A DNA stretch of 64,000 nucleotides from an uncultured Desulfospira sp. (GCA_963663165.1 OY760175.1:4576001-4640000); one strand, 5' to 3'. Positions 1 through 9,886 are shown, numbered from the stretch's first letter. Notes: generated by a model not told the origin, from the letters alone. Numbers and translations are program-made.

Positions 1-253
1 GGCCATGCCCGCCATCATCACGGGAATGCGCATCGGCCTGGGCATTGCCTGGATGTGTCTGGTCTCTGCTGAAATGCTGCCCGGCTCTTTATCGGGCATC
101 GGCTATATGATCACCCATGCGTTTACCCTGGCGTCAACAGATATTGTGATTGCCGGCATGATTTCCATCGGATGTGTGGGCGCTCTTATGGATATGATTT
201 TCAGATGGGTGGAAAGGAAGAATTTTTCATGGTGCAAACAGGCGAACGGATAA
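1..253 (+). CDS. ABC transporter permease, NitT/TauT (SsuC-like) family, C-terminal part (5' end outside window)
   Basis: PAIITGMRIGLGIAWMCLVSAEML motif and hydrophobic helices; overlaps the ATPase gene. Confidence 0.9.
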   Translation, partial: AMPAIITGMRIGLGIAWMCLVSAEMLPGSLSGIGYMITHAFTLASTDIVIAGMISIGCVGALMDMIFRWVERKNFSWCKQANG

Positions 254-1041
254 GCGGCTGTGACTTAGAGGGCATCCGTTTTAACGGGCTGTCAAAGGTA
301 TACGTCACGGAGAAAGGGGATGATTTACAGGCCCTTCAGGAGATCAGCCTGGATATCCGGCAAAATTCCTTTACATCCATTGTGGGCCCGTCCGGGTGCG
401 GGAAGTCCACTATCCTGCGGATCGGGGCCGGGCTTGAAAAGGCATCGACCGGGTCGGTGTTTTTCCAGAACTTGCCCGTTGAAAAACCGTGTGCTAAGAT
501 CGGCCTTGTTTTTCAGGAATACTCCCTTTTCCCCTGGATGTCGGTACGGGACAATGTGGCTGCCGGGCTTGAGTTTGCCGGCATGGCAAAAGAGAAACGG
601 CGCTCCCGAGCCCTGGCATATCTTAGCATTGTCAATCTTGAGGATTTTAAAGATGCCTTTCCCCATGAGCTTTCCGGGGGAATGAAACAGCGGGTGGCCA
701 TTGCAAGGGCCCTGGCCAATGAACCGGATGTGCTGCTCATGGACGAGCCCTTTGGGGCCCTGGATGCCCATACCCGGATTTTGCTGCAAAAAGAGCTGTT
801 GAAAATATGGGAAGTCACCCGCAAAACCATTATCCTGGTGACCCACAGTGTGGATGAGGCTGTTTTTTTGTCTGACACCATTGTGGTGATGACCAGCCGG
901 CCGGGCCGGATAAAGCAGATTATCGATGTGGATATGGCCCGCCCGAGAAGCCGTGCATTGGGCCGGTTTGGAGAACTGACCGATCAGATACTCAAGGCGC
1001 TTGAGCCCGAGTCCAGCCTGGACCGGGCATCCGGCAACTGA
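229..1041 (+). CDS. ABC transporter ATP-binding protein, NitT/TauT family
   Basis: Walker A GPSGCGKST, LSGGMKQR signature, LLMDEPF; ATG 229 chosen over 172 (start uncertain). Confidence 0.93.
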   Translation: MVQTGERISGCDLEGIRFNGLSKVYVTEKGDDLQALQEISLDIRQNSFTSIVGPSGCGKSTILRIGAGLEKASTGSVFFQNLPVEKPCAKIGLVFQEYSLFPWMSVRDNVAAGLEFAGMAKEKRRSRALAYLSIVNLEDFKDAFPHELSGGMKQRVAIARALANEPDVLLMDEPFGALDAHTRILLQKELLKIWEVTRKTIILVTHSVDEAVFLSDTIVVMTSRPGRIKQIIDVDMARPRSRALGRFGELTDQILKALEPESSLDRASGN

Positions 1042-1068
1042 TGATAAACCCTTATCAAAGGAGTCCAA

Positions 1069-2349
1069 ATGAGTGAAGATTATGTCCCCATGTGGGAAAG
1101 TTTAGGGCTGGATCTGGCAGCCCATGACGCCCTTTTAGGCGTATTGGGACAAGGGTACCAGGACATTTACCTGGCCCAGAAAAACCGCCCTGACGGGATG
1201 GGATACTTTGACTTTGTCATGAGCGAGGTCCACGGGCTGAGGATCAAGGAACTGTTGGACGAAAAAGAGGCGGGGCGGAAAATCATCGGCAGCTATTGCG
1301 TATTTGTCCCTGAAGAGATCGTCCTGGCGGCCGGCGCCACCCTGGTGGGGCTCTGTTCCGGAGCCGATTTTGCCGTTGAAGAAGTCGAAAAGCTGCTGCC
1401 CAGAAACACCTGCTCTTTGATTAAGTCCTCCTTTGGATTTAAACTCGGAAAGGTCTGCCCTTACCTTGAAAGTGCCGACATGATCGTGGGGGAAAATACC
1501 TGTGACGGGAAGAAAAAAGCCTATGAAACACTGGGCGGCATGGTGGACAACCTCTATGTCATGGACCTGCCCCAGGTCAAATCCGGTATGGGCCGGCAGC
1601 TGCTCAAAACCGAGTATGACCGGTTTAAATCCGCCGTGGAGGACCTGACCGGCCATCAAATTACAGCAGAATCCCTTAAAGAGGGCATCCGGGTGGTCAA
1701 TGCAAAACGCTTGGCCCTTCACCGGCTTAATCTGCTCAGGAAAGCCGATCCCGCACCCATCTCCGGGCTGGACGCCCTTTTGGCCAACCAGGTGTTCTTT
1801 TATGACAATCCGGCCCGGTTTACCGAATCCGTCAACAAGATCTGTGACGAGCTTGAGGCACGGGTCAAGGAAAACCAGGGCGCGGTTGCTGCCAAAACCC
1901 CCCGGATCCTGATTTCCGGCTGTCCCATGGCCGTTCCCAACTGGAAACTGCCCTGGATCATTGAAACCTCCGGCGCGGTGATTGTGGGCGAAGAGGCCTG
2001 TGTGGGTGAAAGGGGGACACGGAACCTGACCGATGATTCAGGCGACACTGTGGATGACATGGTGGAAGCCATTGCTGACCGGTATTTTAAGGTGGACTGT
2101 GCCATTTTTACCCCTAATCCGGACCGGGTAAGCCATGTCCGTGAGATGGCCAAAGCCTATGGGGCCGATGGGGTGATCCATTACGGTCTTCAATTCTGCC
2201 AGCCGTATATCATGGAGTCCATCCCCGTGGAAAAGGAACTTGAAAGCCTTGATATCCCCTGTCTCAGGATTGAGACCGATTACGGCATGGAAGACGTGGG
2301 CCAGCTTAAGACCCGGGTGGAAGCCTTTGTTGAACAGATTTCAGATTAG
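1069..2349 (+). CDS. Double-cubane-cluster anaerobic reductase (DCCP; HgdD/2-hydroxyacyl-CoA dehydratase superfamily)
   Basis: N-terminus MWESLGLDLAAHD..NRPDGMGYFDFVMSEVHGLRIKEL and Cys pattern (YCVFVP, LCSG, NTCSL, CPY, TCDGKKK, CVGER, DCA, FCQPY) resemble DCCP; AAGGAG RBS. Confidence 0.85.
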   Translation: MSEDYVPMWESLGLDLAAHDALLGVLGQGYQDIYLAQKNRPDGMGYFDFVMSEVHGLRIKELLDEKEAGRKIIGSYCVFVPEEIVLAAGATLVGLCSGADFAVEEVEKLLPRNTCSLIKSSFGFKLGKVCPYLESADMIVGENTCDGKKKAYETLGGMVDNLYVMDLPQVKSGMGRQLLKTEYDRFKSAVEDLTGHQITAESLKEGIRVVNAKRLALHRLNLLRKADPAPISGLDALLANQVFFYDNPARFTESVNKICDELEARVKENQGAVAAKTPRILISGCPMAVPNWKLPWIIETSGAVIVGEEACVGERGTRNLTDDSGDTVDDMVEAIADRYFKVDCAIFTPNPDRVSHVREMAKAYGADGVIHYGLQFCQPYIMESIPVEKELESLDIPCLRIETDYGMEDVGQLKTRVEAFVEQISD

Positions 2350-2358
2350 GGTGTTTTC

Positions 2359-3117
2359 GTGATTTGCGCCGGCATTGACATTGGCTCCAGGTCCATTGAA
2401 CTGGTCCTGGTGGAAGAGGGGCGGATCAGGGAAACCCGGCAGACCGATACCGGGTTTGATCCCATTTCCCAGGCCAGAAAACTTATGGACGGCCTTGAAT
2501 ATGAAAAGATCATGGCCACGGGATACGGCCGGAATCTGTTTGAGGTGGCCTTTGAGGACGCGGACACGGTGACTGAAATCAAGGCCCATGCCGCCGGGGT
2601 CCGGTCTGAGTTCCCTCAAGCCCTGTCCATTCTGGATATCGGGGGCCAGGACAGCAAAGCCATCCGCCTAAATGACCAGGGCCGGGTCGTAAAGTTTGAG
2701 ATGAATGACCGGTGCGCTGCCGGAACGGGAAAGTTCCTGGAGATCATGGCCCGGAACCTGGGGTTTACCCTGGAAGGGTTCGGGCCGGCCGCCCTTGCCG
2801 CAGCAAAGGATTTGCAGATCAACAGCATGTGCACGGTGTTTGCCGAGTCTGAGGTCACCTCCCTGATCGCCAAAGGCGAAGACCGCCAGGAAATTGCCCG
2901 GGGGCTTCACTTGAGCGTGGTCAAGCGGGCCGTGGGCATGCTCAACCGGATCTCCTCGGAGGGCCCCATCGTGTTTTCCGGCGGCGTGGCCCAAAACCCC
3001 TGTATCTGTGAGATGGTCGGAAAAGCCCTGGGAAGAGAGGTGCTGGTCCCCAAAGCCCCCCAGATGATGGGGGCCCTGGGCGCGGCCCTGATTATGGAAG
3101 AGCGTTTGAAAGGATGA
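2359..3117 (+). CDS. ATP-dependent activase/reductase of DCCP (ASKHA family, HgdC/BadFG type)
   Basis: GIDIGS, ATGYGR, DIGGQDSK, NDRCAAGTG, SMCTVFAESEV motifs. Confidence 0.93.
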   Translation: MICAGIDIGSRSIELVLVEEGRIRETRQTDTGFDPISQARKLMDGLEYEKIMATGYGRNLFEVAFEDADTVTEIKAHAAGVRSEFPQALSILDIGGQDSKAIRLNDQGRVVKFEMNDRCAAGTGKFLEIMARNLGFTLEGFGPAALAAAKDLQINSMCTVFAESEVTSLIAKGEDRQEIARGLHLSVVKRAVGMLNRISSEGPIVFSGGVAQNPCICEMVGKALGREVLVPKAPQMMGALGAALIMEERLKG

Positions 3118-3159
3118 GGGATGAAGGCTGAAGGATGAAACTGCAGGTCCTTCAGCCTT
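3111..3159. repeat. REP-like AGGCTGAAGG...CCTTCAGCCT inverted repeat with AGG(A/C)TGA heptamer units
   Basis: Same motif at about 5978-6011, 19217-19289, 33254-33335, 34266-34346 and 37201-37246. Confidence 0.8.
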
Positions 3160-3277
3160 TGGGAGCGCCCTATCCGGGATATCTGTATCCTTTATAGGGT
3201 CAGAGTAAAATTAATTGTCCAACGGTTGATTCCGCTGGTCCGTTTATCAGTGGCGTTTAAATCCGAAAATTGAGTTT

Positions 3278-4480
3278 TTAAGAATTTTGTTTTTTATGTC
3301 TGTGAATACCGATTATTCCAAGCAGCCCTGAACCCAACAGCCATACAGTGCCCGGAACAGGCACGGCTGAGGCATTAAGGTTTGCAACCCATGCGAATTG
3401 TCCTGAATCCGTGTCGTATAAATTAACCGCATATCCGGTCAGAACGGTTCCGTCTGCAGACATTCCGCAAACCGCAAGCACCCAGCCGGTCAGGTCTATC
3501 CCGGATTCTGCCAGTAATTCATCAAGAAATACCAGGCCGGAATCTTCGCTATACAGAAAGGATCTGATGATATTGTCTCTGGTCACCCCGGCAATAATTG
3601 ATCCATCAGCTGAAACGGCTGTTGCGGAGCTGTAATCATATCCTTCAGGAAACAGGTCGCCTAAGCCTATCATGCCATTCTCCTCCGTCCAGACAAAGGC
3701 TTCACTTTCACCATTCGGGCCGTCTCCGCTGCTGGCTCCCACCACGACCGACCCATCGGGTGTCATGTCATGCGCTTCACTGTAATTACGACCACCCTCC
3801 AGATCCCCAAGGGATTGGATAACGCCGTTTTTCCAGATCACCGCTTCGGTGCCGCCAGCCTCTCCGGCACCGTTACCGAGAATGATCGATCCGTCGTCGG
3901 AAATCCTTATGGCCTCACCTCTGAGGTCTCCTCCGGACAAATCACCGAGAACCGTCATATTCCCTTGTGCATCCCACATGACCGCCTCTTTTTCATTGTT
4001 TTCATATGTGACCTGACCAACGAGAGTCGAGCCGTCTGATGTCATTCCTTTTACGGTGGCATATTTTACTGAGCCGGATTCCAGTGTAACCGCACCTGTG
4101 GATTCACTCCATTTATAGGCGTCATTGCCAATTCCTCCGGCAATCACCGAACCATCGGAAGAAACAGCATAGGCGACACCTGCATCGGCCAAACCTCCGG
4201 GGATGGTCATGCCGGATGATGAAGACCATTTTACGGGAGCACTCGGCAACATTACAGAGTAATCACTGCTAATATATGTAGCCTGCCCCACCACGGTAGA
4301 GCCGTCGGCTGATACATCCCAACCGGTGGCATTTGTCCATGTTGGAATTATAGCTTCACCGAAGAAGGTGAACTCTGCTGCGTGGGAACTACCGGGCACC
4401 AACACCGTTAAGACTGCAAAAGAAACAGCGCAAGCCAATAAGTGTTTGGTCATAATTTTGACATCTGTTACGGTTTTCAT
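3278..4480 (-). CDS. Secreted HAF-repeat (beta-propeller-like) protein with VPLPA/PEP-CTERM sorting signal
   Basis: Signal peptide, repeated A..VS.DGS.VVG and LGDL.GG units, C-terminus AVPVPGTVWLLGSGLLGIIGIHRHKK. Confidence 0.88.
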   Translation of the reverse strand: MKTVTDVKIMTKHLLACAVSFAVLTVLVPGSSHAAEFTFFGEAIIPTWTNATGWDVSADGSTVVGQATYISSDYSVMLPSAPVKWSSSSGMTIPGGLADAGVAYAVSSDGSVIAGGIGNDAYKWSESTGAVTLESGSVKYATVKGMTSDGSTLVGQVTYENNEKEAVMWDAQGNMTVLGDLSGGDLRGEAIRISDDGSIILGNGAGEAGGTEAVIWKNGVIQSLGDLEGGRNYSEAHDMTPDGSVVVGASSGDGPNGESEAFVWTEENGMIGLGDLFPEGYDYSSATAVSADGSIIAGVTRDNIIRSFLYSEDSGLVFLDELLAESGIDLTGWVLAVCGMSADGTVLTGYAVNLYDTDSGQFAWVANLNASAVPVPGTVWLLGSGLLGIIGIHRHKKQNS

Positions 4481-4558
4481 TTTAAAAAGTTCCTTTCAAA
4501 TTTAAGTTAATTAGATGAGTTGCAAAGTCGCAAACGCGACAATAAAACATCACGCCGC

Positions 4559-5491
4559 TCAATGGCATGATGGTACAGCTTGCTGTTTAATAAATTTTCT
4601 ACGCAGGCACGATAATCCGGCCAAACCTGACCCAAGCAGCCAAATGGTGCCTGGAACGGGCACCGGAGCCGGCGAGGTGGAAAAAACATAAATTGAATCG
4701 CAGTCACTGCCGCCGCTTATGGCATTTCCGGCATTGTCTTTGGCCCCTTGTCCCGTTACCAGGATGTAAGAAAACCACTCCAGCCCTGTTAAAGAGGGGT
4801 CATCATCATCAGGATCCATCCAATTGCCTGCGAAATAAGCGGTAGACATATCAAAAGCGTCCCCGCCGGCCAAACCGGTTGAAGTTGCGGTTCCATTCCC
4901 GTCAAACTCAAGGGGTGCCCCCGGAGAAACCAGGCCGCTGCCGTTGCCGGGGGTGTGGTCAAAGGTCTGGTGGGTGCCGCTGACGCTGGCGTAATAATAC
5001 GGCTCATAGTCAAAAATGGCCGGAAGCGCCCACCAGAGGTTTCCGTCCTGGCTCAGGTATATGGTGCCGGGCTCACTGAAAGACCCCGGTCCGCCATAGG
5101 CATAAAAGGCGTTCCCCCAGACAATACCGTCATAACCGCCCGGATTGGTCGGGTCGTTGTTTACCTGTAAAGTGTTGCCGTATTCATCGGTAAAGCCAAG
5201 AATCACCCAGCTGTCTTCATTGTAGTTCATGGTTACAATGCTGCTGTGAACCGGCGCGTGTCCGTTCTGACTTTCCGGGATGGGACCGAGCAGATTGTGG
5301 GCATCACTCCAGGATCCGTCTGAGATGAAATTGCCGCTGCCGTCTTTATATTGATCCGATGCGTTGATTAACGTATTGGCCCACATGCCTCCCCGTTCCG
5401 CATCTTCTGGCAGATACGTGAGGGCCAGGCTGTTGGTGATGCTTAACAGTAAGAATAATGCTGAAACATGTATTGTTTTCAGAATAGTCAT
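4559..5491 (-). CDS. Secreted acidic Gly-rich protein with VPLPA/PEP-CTERM sorting signal
   Basis: Signal peptide from MTILKT (ATG 5491), C-terminus PVPVPGTIWLLGSGLAGLSCLRRK. Confidence 0.85.
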   Translation of the reverse strand: MTILKTIHVSALFLLLSITNSLALTYLPEDAERGGMWANTLINASDQYKDGSGNFISDGSWSDAHNLLGPIPESQNGHAPVHSSIVTMNYNEDSWVILGFTDEYGNTLQVNNDPTNPGGYDGIVWGNAFYAYGGPGSFSEPGTIYLSQDGNLWWALPAIFDYEPYYYASVSGTHQTFDHTPGNGSGLVSPGAPLEFDGNGTATSTGLAGGDAFDMSTAYFAGNWMDPDDDDPSLTGLEWFSYILVTGQGAKDNAGNAISGGSDCDSIYVFSTSPAPVPVPGTIWLLGSGLAGLSCLRRKFIKQQAVPSCH

Positions 5492-6029
5492 ATCTCTTAT
5501 CCTTTTTGGGGTAAGGACGAGATATAAGGCGGGAATCACGGGATGGTCGGTCCCGGTCAGGGTTGATTAAAGTGCGGATATACGCTAAATTATCAGAATC
5601 TGTTTTATTTAAAAACAGATGTTGCGCCTTCGTTCTCGTCGGTGCATAAATAGAAGGCCTGCAAGGCGTCTTGGCGGAGGCATGCAGGCCTTCTTTCTTT
5701 TATTTGGTTAAAAAATTTGATGGACCGCGCCACCTCCTTATATGATTCAGGAATACGATGAAGAAAACGGCCCGGTTATCTACCCATGCCGGGCTATCCA
5801 TAACATTTCCAGAGCTGCTTCACTGCAAATTTTTTCAACACAATATATACACATTTCAATGTGCCTGTCTCGGATTTATTTGCTGTTTTTTAGGACTTTC
5901 TTGCGGTAAACTATGTTTATTTTTTGAGATTGACGGGTTTTTATGATTTTGGGCTTAATGATGATAGTCCACAAGAAAGGCTGAAGGATGAAAATGCACG
6001 TCCTTCAGCCTAAATCCCTGGCTATCCCC

Positions 6030-6203
6030 GTATTTGAATGAAAACTTGCTTGAGGTACAAGGCGTAACCTAAAGGTCAGAAATCAGGAAAAGTTGCAACC
6101 TTAAGCAACCTTGAAGGTTGTGAGGATTGCAACTTTTCCGTCAACGCTATAGAGGATGATCGGCATTTTGAGCTGAAGCCCCTCTATCGAGCCGTTCAAA
6201 TAC
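6030..6203. repeat. Structured palindromic MITE-like element, copy A
   Basis: Ends GTATTTGAA/TTCAAATAC; internal CAAGGCG..GCAACC-loop-GGTTGTGAGGATT..CAACGC shared with 20807-20950 and 34384-34508. Confidence 0.8.
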
Positions 6204-6778
6204 TACCAGTTTTCGCAGAGCAGCTCGAAATAAGTGTTTGGCTTAACACAGGCCGGGCACTTGTCCGGGGCCGCTGCACCGTGATGAATATACCCGCAGC
6301 TCAAACAGCGCCAGGTCTGTTCCTCTTCCCTGGCAAAGGCCCGGTTTTGGGCAATATTGGCTGCCAGCTGCCGGTACATTTTTTCATGGTGAACTTCCGA
6401 CACACTGATGGCGTTCCAGGTGTCCGCTGCCCGTTGAAACCCTTCCTGTTCGGCAACGGCAGCAAATCCCGGATAAAACTTTGAATGAACCGAGAGTTCA
6501 AGCTCTGCCGCTGAGATCAGGTTGGCCCGGGTATCCAGGATCACCCCGGTCGGAAACGTCCAGGTGCTTTCAAGCTCCCCGCCGTTGAAAAATTTGAAGA
6601 ACCGCAGGGCATGCTCATATTCCTGGGCCGCGGTCTCGTCAAAAATTTTGGCGATCTGGGCATACTTTTCATCCCGGGCCTTCTGGGCAAAAAAATTATA
6701 CCGGGTCCGGGCCTGGGCCTCTAAGGAAAAGGAAATCAGCAGGTTCTTTGCCGTCCGGCTCTCCTTGAATTTTCCCAT
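6203..6778 (-). CDS. rbr: Rubrerythrin
   Basis: EAQARTRY, QEYEHA, SEVHH diiron ligands plus C-terminal WRCLSCGY..CPAC rubredoxin domain. Confidence 0.93.
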   Translation of the reverse strand: MGKFKESRTAKNLLISFSLEAQARTRYNFFAQKARDEKYAQIAKIFDETAAQEYEHALRFFKFFNGGELESTWTFPTGVILDTRANLISAAELELSVHSKFYPGFAAVAEQEGFQRAADTWNAISVSEVHHEKMYRQLAANIAQNRAFAREEEQTWRCLSCGYIHHGAAAPDKCPACVKPNTYFELLCENW

Positions 6779-6781
6779 GGG

Positions 6782-6973
6782 TTAATCCTCGATGATGATG
6801 GCGTCTGCCCCGCATTCATCAGCGGCCTGGCGGACAATGCTTTCCAGGTGTTCGGGAATGGGGTCCATTTTTACCTTGGAGAGCAGATCATCTTCATCAT
6901 ACTCAAATACTTCCGGACAAAGGTTGTTGCAGTTTCTGTCGCCCATGCACTGTTTGGTGATTGTGACTTTCAT
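6782..6973 (-). CDS. Monocluster ferredoxin
   Basis: 63 aa, CMGDRNCNNLCPEVF..AADECGADAI; GGAGG RBS. Confidence 0.9.
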   Translation of the reverse strand: MKVTITKQCMGDRNCNNLCPEVFEYDEDDLLSKVKMDPIPEHLESIVRQAADECGADAIIIED

Positions 6974-7206
6974 TTTTTCCCTCCTGTTTGCTGTTACAAT
7001 TAATCTGCCTGTTCAAAAAAAATTAGGGCCTGCAGTGGAAAAAAGCATTAAGGAAAAATTGCCCAACATTATGGTCTGTCTTTCTTTTATTAAAACCAAC
7101 ATCAAAAAACCGGGCCATTCTGTACAGGACATATAAGTCCTTTCTGCCAAAGCAGGTGTGTGGGGGGATGAAACACCAGAGATTATAACCATCAAACAAT
7201 GGGTTT

Positions 7207-7710
7207 TCAAGGTTCAAACTTGGGTTTGGCTTCTTTTTCCGGGTGGTCGGTCAGGGATACAACCTTGGAATTTTTATGATAACCGGGCCGTTCTATAAAG
7301 TGATCCACCAGTATTTTTACCAAAACCGGGCTCAAATATTGGCGGCCTTGTAAAACGGTTTTAACGGCGTCCATCAATTCCTTGATCAGGTCGGTTTTTA
7401 AAAGATACCCGGATGCCCAGGCATCGAGCATGGCGTTGATGTAAGCCCGTTCCGAATACATGGAAAGGGCCAGGATTTTGATTTCAGGCTTTTGGGAGAG
7501 AATCCTGCGGCAGGCGTGAATCCCGTTTAGTTCCGGCATATGAATATCCATGATTACCAGATCCGGTTCCAAAGACAGGGCCGTTTCAACAGCCTGCTCT
7601 CCGTTTTCCGCCTCCCCGGCCACGGCCATGTTTTTTTGCTGCTGTATCCGGGAAGCGATTTCCTTTCGGGTGATATGATCATCGTCTGCTATGAGAACGG
7701 TGACGGTCAT
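7207..7710 (-). CDS. NarL-type receiver domain protein lacking the LuxR HTH
   Basis: IADDD, MDIHMP, LSMY, YLLK, YLSP, then a short tail with no LT.RE.E HTH motif. Confidence 0.88.
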   Translation of the reverse strand: MTVTVLIADDDHITRKEIASRIQQQKNMAVAGEAENGEQAVETALSLEPDLVIMDIHMPELNGIHACRRILSQKPEIKILALSMYSERAYINAMLDAWASGYLLKTDLIKELMDAVKTVLQGRQYLSPVLVKILVDHFIERPGYHKNSKVVSLTDHPEKEAKPKFEP

Positions 7711-7800
7711 GGAGGCACTCTTTTGTTAATGTATTATGCAACCCAACGGAATGATAGTACATTTTTTCAAAATTATTTAAAAAGTCATGATATATCCGGG

Positions 7801-8439
7801 TTATCGATTTTCTGGAAAGACTTTTCTCCGCCTTACTAGGGCAAGCATGAGAAGACCTGCACCAAGCAGCGAGACTGCCCCTGGGATGGGGACAGATGCG
7901 GCTTTGTACATATGGAAACCCGCACTATCCATTTTCGTGTCCAGGCCCCATGAGCCATTGGTATGAACGACATCCTCTATGCTGTCATCAAGACGATTCT
8001 GCATGACGGTGGGGGTGGTCAGGCCGTTTGGCCACAGCGTTCTTGACGTTCCAACAGCCTGCTCATAGCCATGGTAGCTCGATGAGCTTGTCGGTTCGAA
8101 TAAATTAAAATATTCCGGAGCCCAGGCCGACCCCGCCTCACGTACAGACTCATATACGCCGATAGTCAGCCCGCTAAAACTGGAGTATAACGAGGCGACT
8201 TCTTCCAAAGATGCCCAAATCCATCCACTGAAATCAACACCGCCCACCGTCGTAACAGTGCTGTCTTTGAGCTGACCTGTTGAGGTGTCGTAAATTTGGG
8301 CCAAGTCGTTGTAGCTTAGATTTACCGTATCCGTCAGCTGGCGCCAGTCTTTGCCGTCTGCCATGATGGCATATGCGGTATCCCACAGGCATAATAATAA
8401 AAACAGACCTGAACATGCAGCAAATAATTTTTTTCTCAT
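7801..8439 (-). CDS. Secreted protein with VPLPA/PEP-CTERM sorting signal
   Basis: AGGAG RBS before ATG 8439, signal peptide, C-terminus SVPIPGAVSLLGAGLLMLALVRRRK. Confidence 0.85.
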   Translation of the reverse strand: MRKKLFAACSGLFLLLCLWDTAYAIMADGKDWRQLTDTVNLSYNDLAQIYDTSTGQLKDSTVTTVGGVDFSGWIWASLEEVASLYSSFSGLTIGVYESVREAGSAWAPEYFNLFEPTSSSSYHGYEQAVGTSRTLWPNGLTTPTVMQNRLDDSIEDVVHTNGSWGLDTKMDSAGFHMYKAASVPIPGAVSLLGAGLLMLALVRRRKVFPENR

Positions 8440-8476
8440 TTTTAATCTCCTTTGGTCAGGGATTGATTTTCTCTGG

Positions 8477-9175
8477 TTATAAATGTTCACAAAGCCGTCT
8501 TAGGCCAATGAGGCTGAAAATGCCTGAGCTGAAAAGCCAGGCGGCCGATGGGACGGGGACCGGTGATTGTGATACGGTGAATGATGACGGCAGGTGTAAA
8601 TTGAAATTAACATCTTTGCCGTAAGATTGCTGGACGGCACAGAAATCCCAGCCGTAAGGGATCGTTAAAAAGGCTTCCATCTCTTCTCCGGAAGGTAAAT
8701 CCGTATTATCCAGCGTGCCTCCCGGATTTGATGAATACGTGTCTTTTAATATCCAGCTCATTGATAATGTCGTGTTCGCATCATTGTCTCCGGCGTATGA
8801 GATTGCGCCGTATATCTGTATGCTGTCCGCCCCGTCATATCCCGGTGCGTTGTTATAGACCCTGAATCCGTATTCGGGTTTTGTGCCGGAATCCGAAACG
8901 ATAAACCCGCCCATATTCAGTGTGAATTCAAGAAATTGATATTCCTTGATATAGCCATAATCAGGGCTTGGGTAATGTTCCTGATAGGATGCATTGGTAT
9001 CAAATTTTATAATGCCGGTATATTGATCTGACTGAATCCATGAATAGTCATCCATATCATCTCCCCAGCTGTTGAATGTCCCGGAAAAAGAAATGGTGAC
9101 AATATCGGCTGATGTAGTCCCGACAAAGCCAAGAACCAGAAACAATACCCATAAAAATCCTGTCAGTTTTTTCAT
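8477..9175 (-). CDS. Secreted protein with VPLPA/PEP-CTERM sorting signal
   Basis: Signal peptide MKKLTGF..TSA, C-terminus PVPVPSAAWLFSSGIFSLIGLRR. Confidence 0.87.
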   Translation of the reverse strand: MKKLTGFLWVLFLVLGFVGTTSADIVTISFSGTFNSWGDDMDDYSWIQSDQYTGIIKFDTNASYQEHYPSPDYGYIKEYQFLEFTLNMGGFIVSDSGTKPEYGFRVYNNAPGYDGADSIQIYGAISYAGDNDANTTLSMSWILKDTYSSNPGGTLDNTDLPSGEEMEAFLTIPYGWDFCAVQQSYGKDVNFNLHLPSSFTVSQSPVPVPSAAWLFSSGIFSLIGLRRLCEHL

Positions 9176-9226
9176 GTTTTCCTCATGTATTTTATGTTTG
9201 GGTTAAGATTAAACTGTTGGCACATC

Positions 9227-9886
9227 TCAATGGTGGAGGGAGCTTTTCCCTTTAATTTTTCTGTTATACCCTGCCAAACCCAGCAGACCCGCCCCGAACA
9301 GAAGCAGTGTTGCCGGTTCGGGGACTGGGGATGCGGCAGGGGCAGTGAAACTCCAGGTCTTCACATCTACAAAACGGTCTCCCCCGTATTCAAAAAAACT
9401 GCGCAATTCAGCGTTTTCAAGGGGATCGGCTTTTTGCATATCAGCACTTGTCAGCCCGGTAAAGTGTATGGCATAGCCGGAATATTTTCGGTCATCTTCT
9501 GTGGTTCCAGGATTCCAATCCTGACACATGGTAATCCCGAAATAATCATCGCCATCCCTTTGTTGAACAGTAAACGTATCGTAATAAGCATCATCGCCGT
9601 CGCTGGTTTTGTACCAGTTTTCTTCGGTAATGGCTTCATCGCCAACCCGTGTTAAGGTGGCGTAAAACCAATCGGCTATCGGTGTATCAGTTTTTGTCAC
9701 GTAAATACTGCCATCTTCGTACTTCAGGACCCCGTCTCTATCCGGATCAATTAGAAAACCAATGTCAATTAATCGCCCGTCTTGAGTTGTAATATAAAGG
9801 TCATATTCTATGGGGGTCGCATTAACCATTGTCCCAACCCCCAATAACAAAGCAACAGCAAAACCAATAAAACCTGTTTTCAACAT
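9227..9886 (-). CDS. Secreted PEP-CTERM protein
   Basis: GGAGG RBS, signal peptide, C-terminus PVPEPATLLLFGAGLLGLAGYNRK. Confidence 0.9.
   Translation of the reverse strand: MLKTGFIGFAVALLLGVGTMVNATPIEYDLYITTQDGRLIDIGFLIDPDRDGVLKYEDGSIYVTKTDTPIADWFYATLTRVGDEAITEENWYKTSDGDDAYYDTFTVQQRDGDDYFGITMCQDWNPGTTEDDRKYSGYAIHFTGLTSADMQKADPLENAELRSFFEYGGDRFVDVKTWSFTAPAASPVPEPATLLLFGAGLLGLAGYNRKIKGKSSLHH

Noticed and set aside
5540..5950. Cobalamin or c-di-GMP riboswitch upstream of the PEP-CTERM genes
   Set aside because: No B12 box or GEMM GCAAA/GNRA consensus recognised
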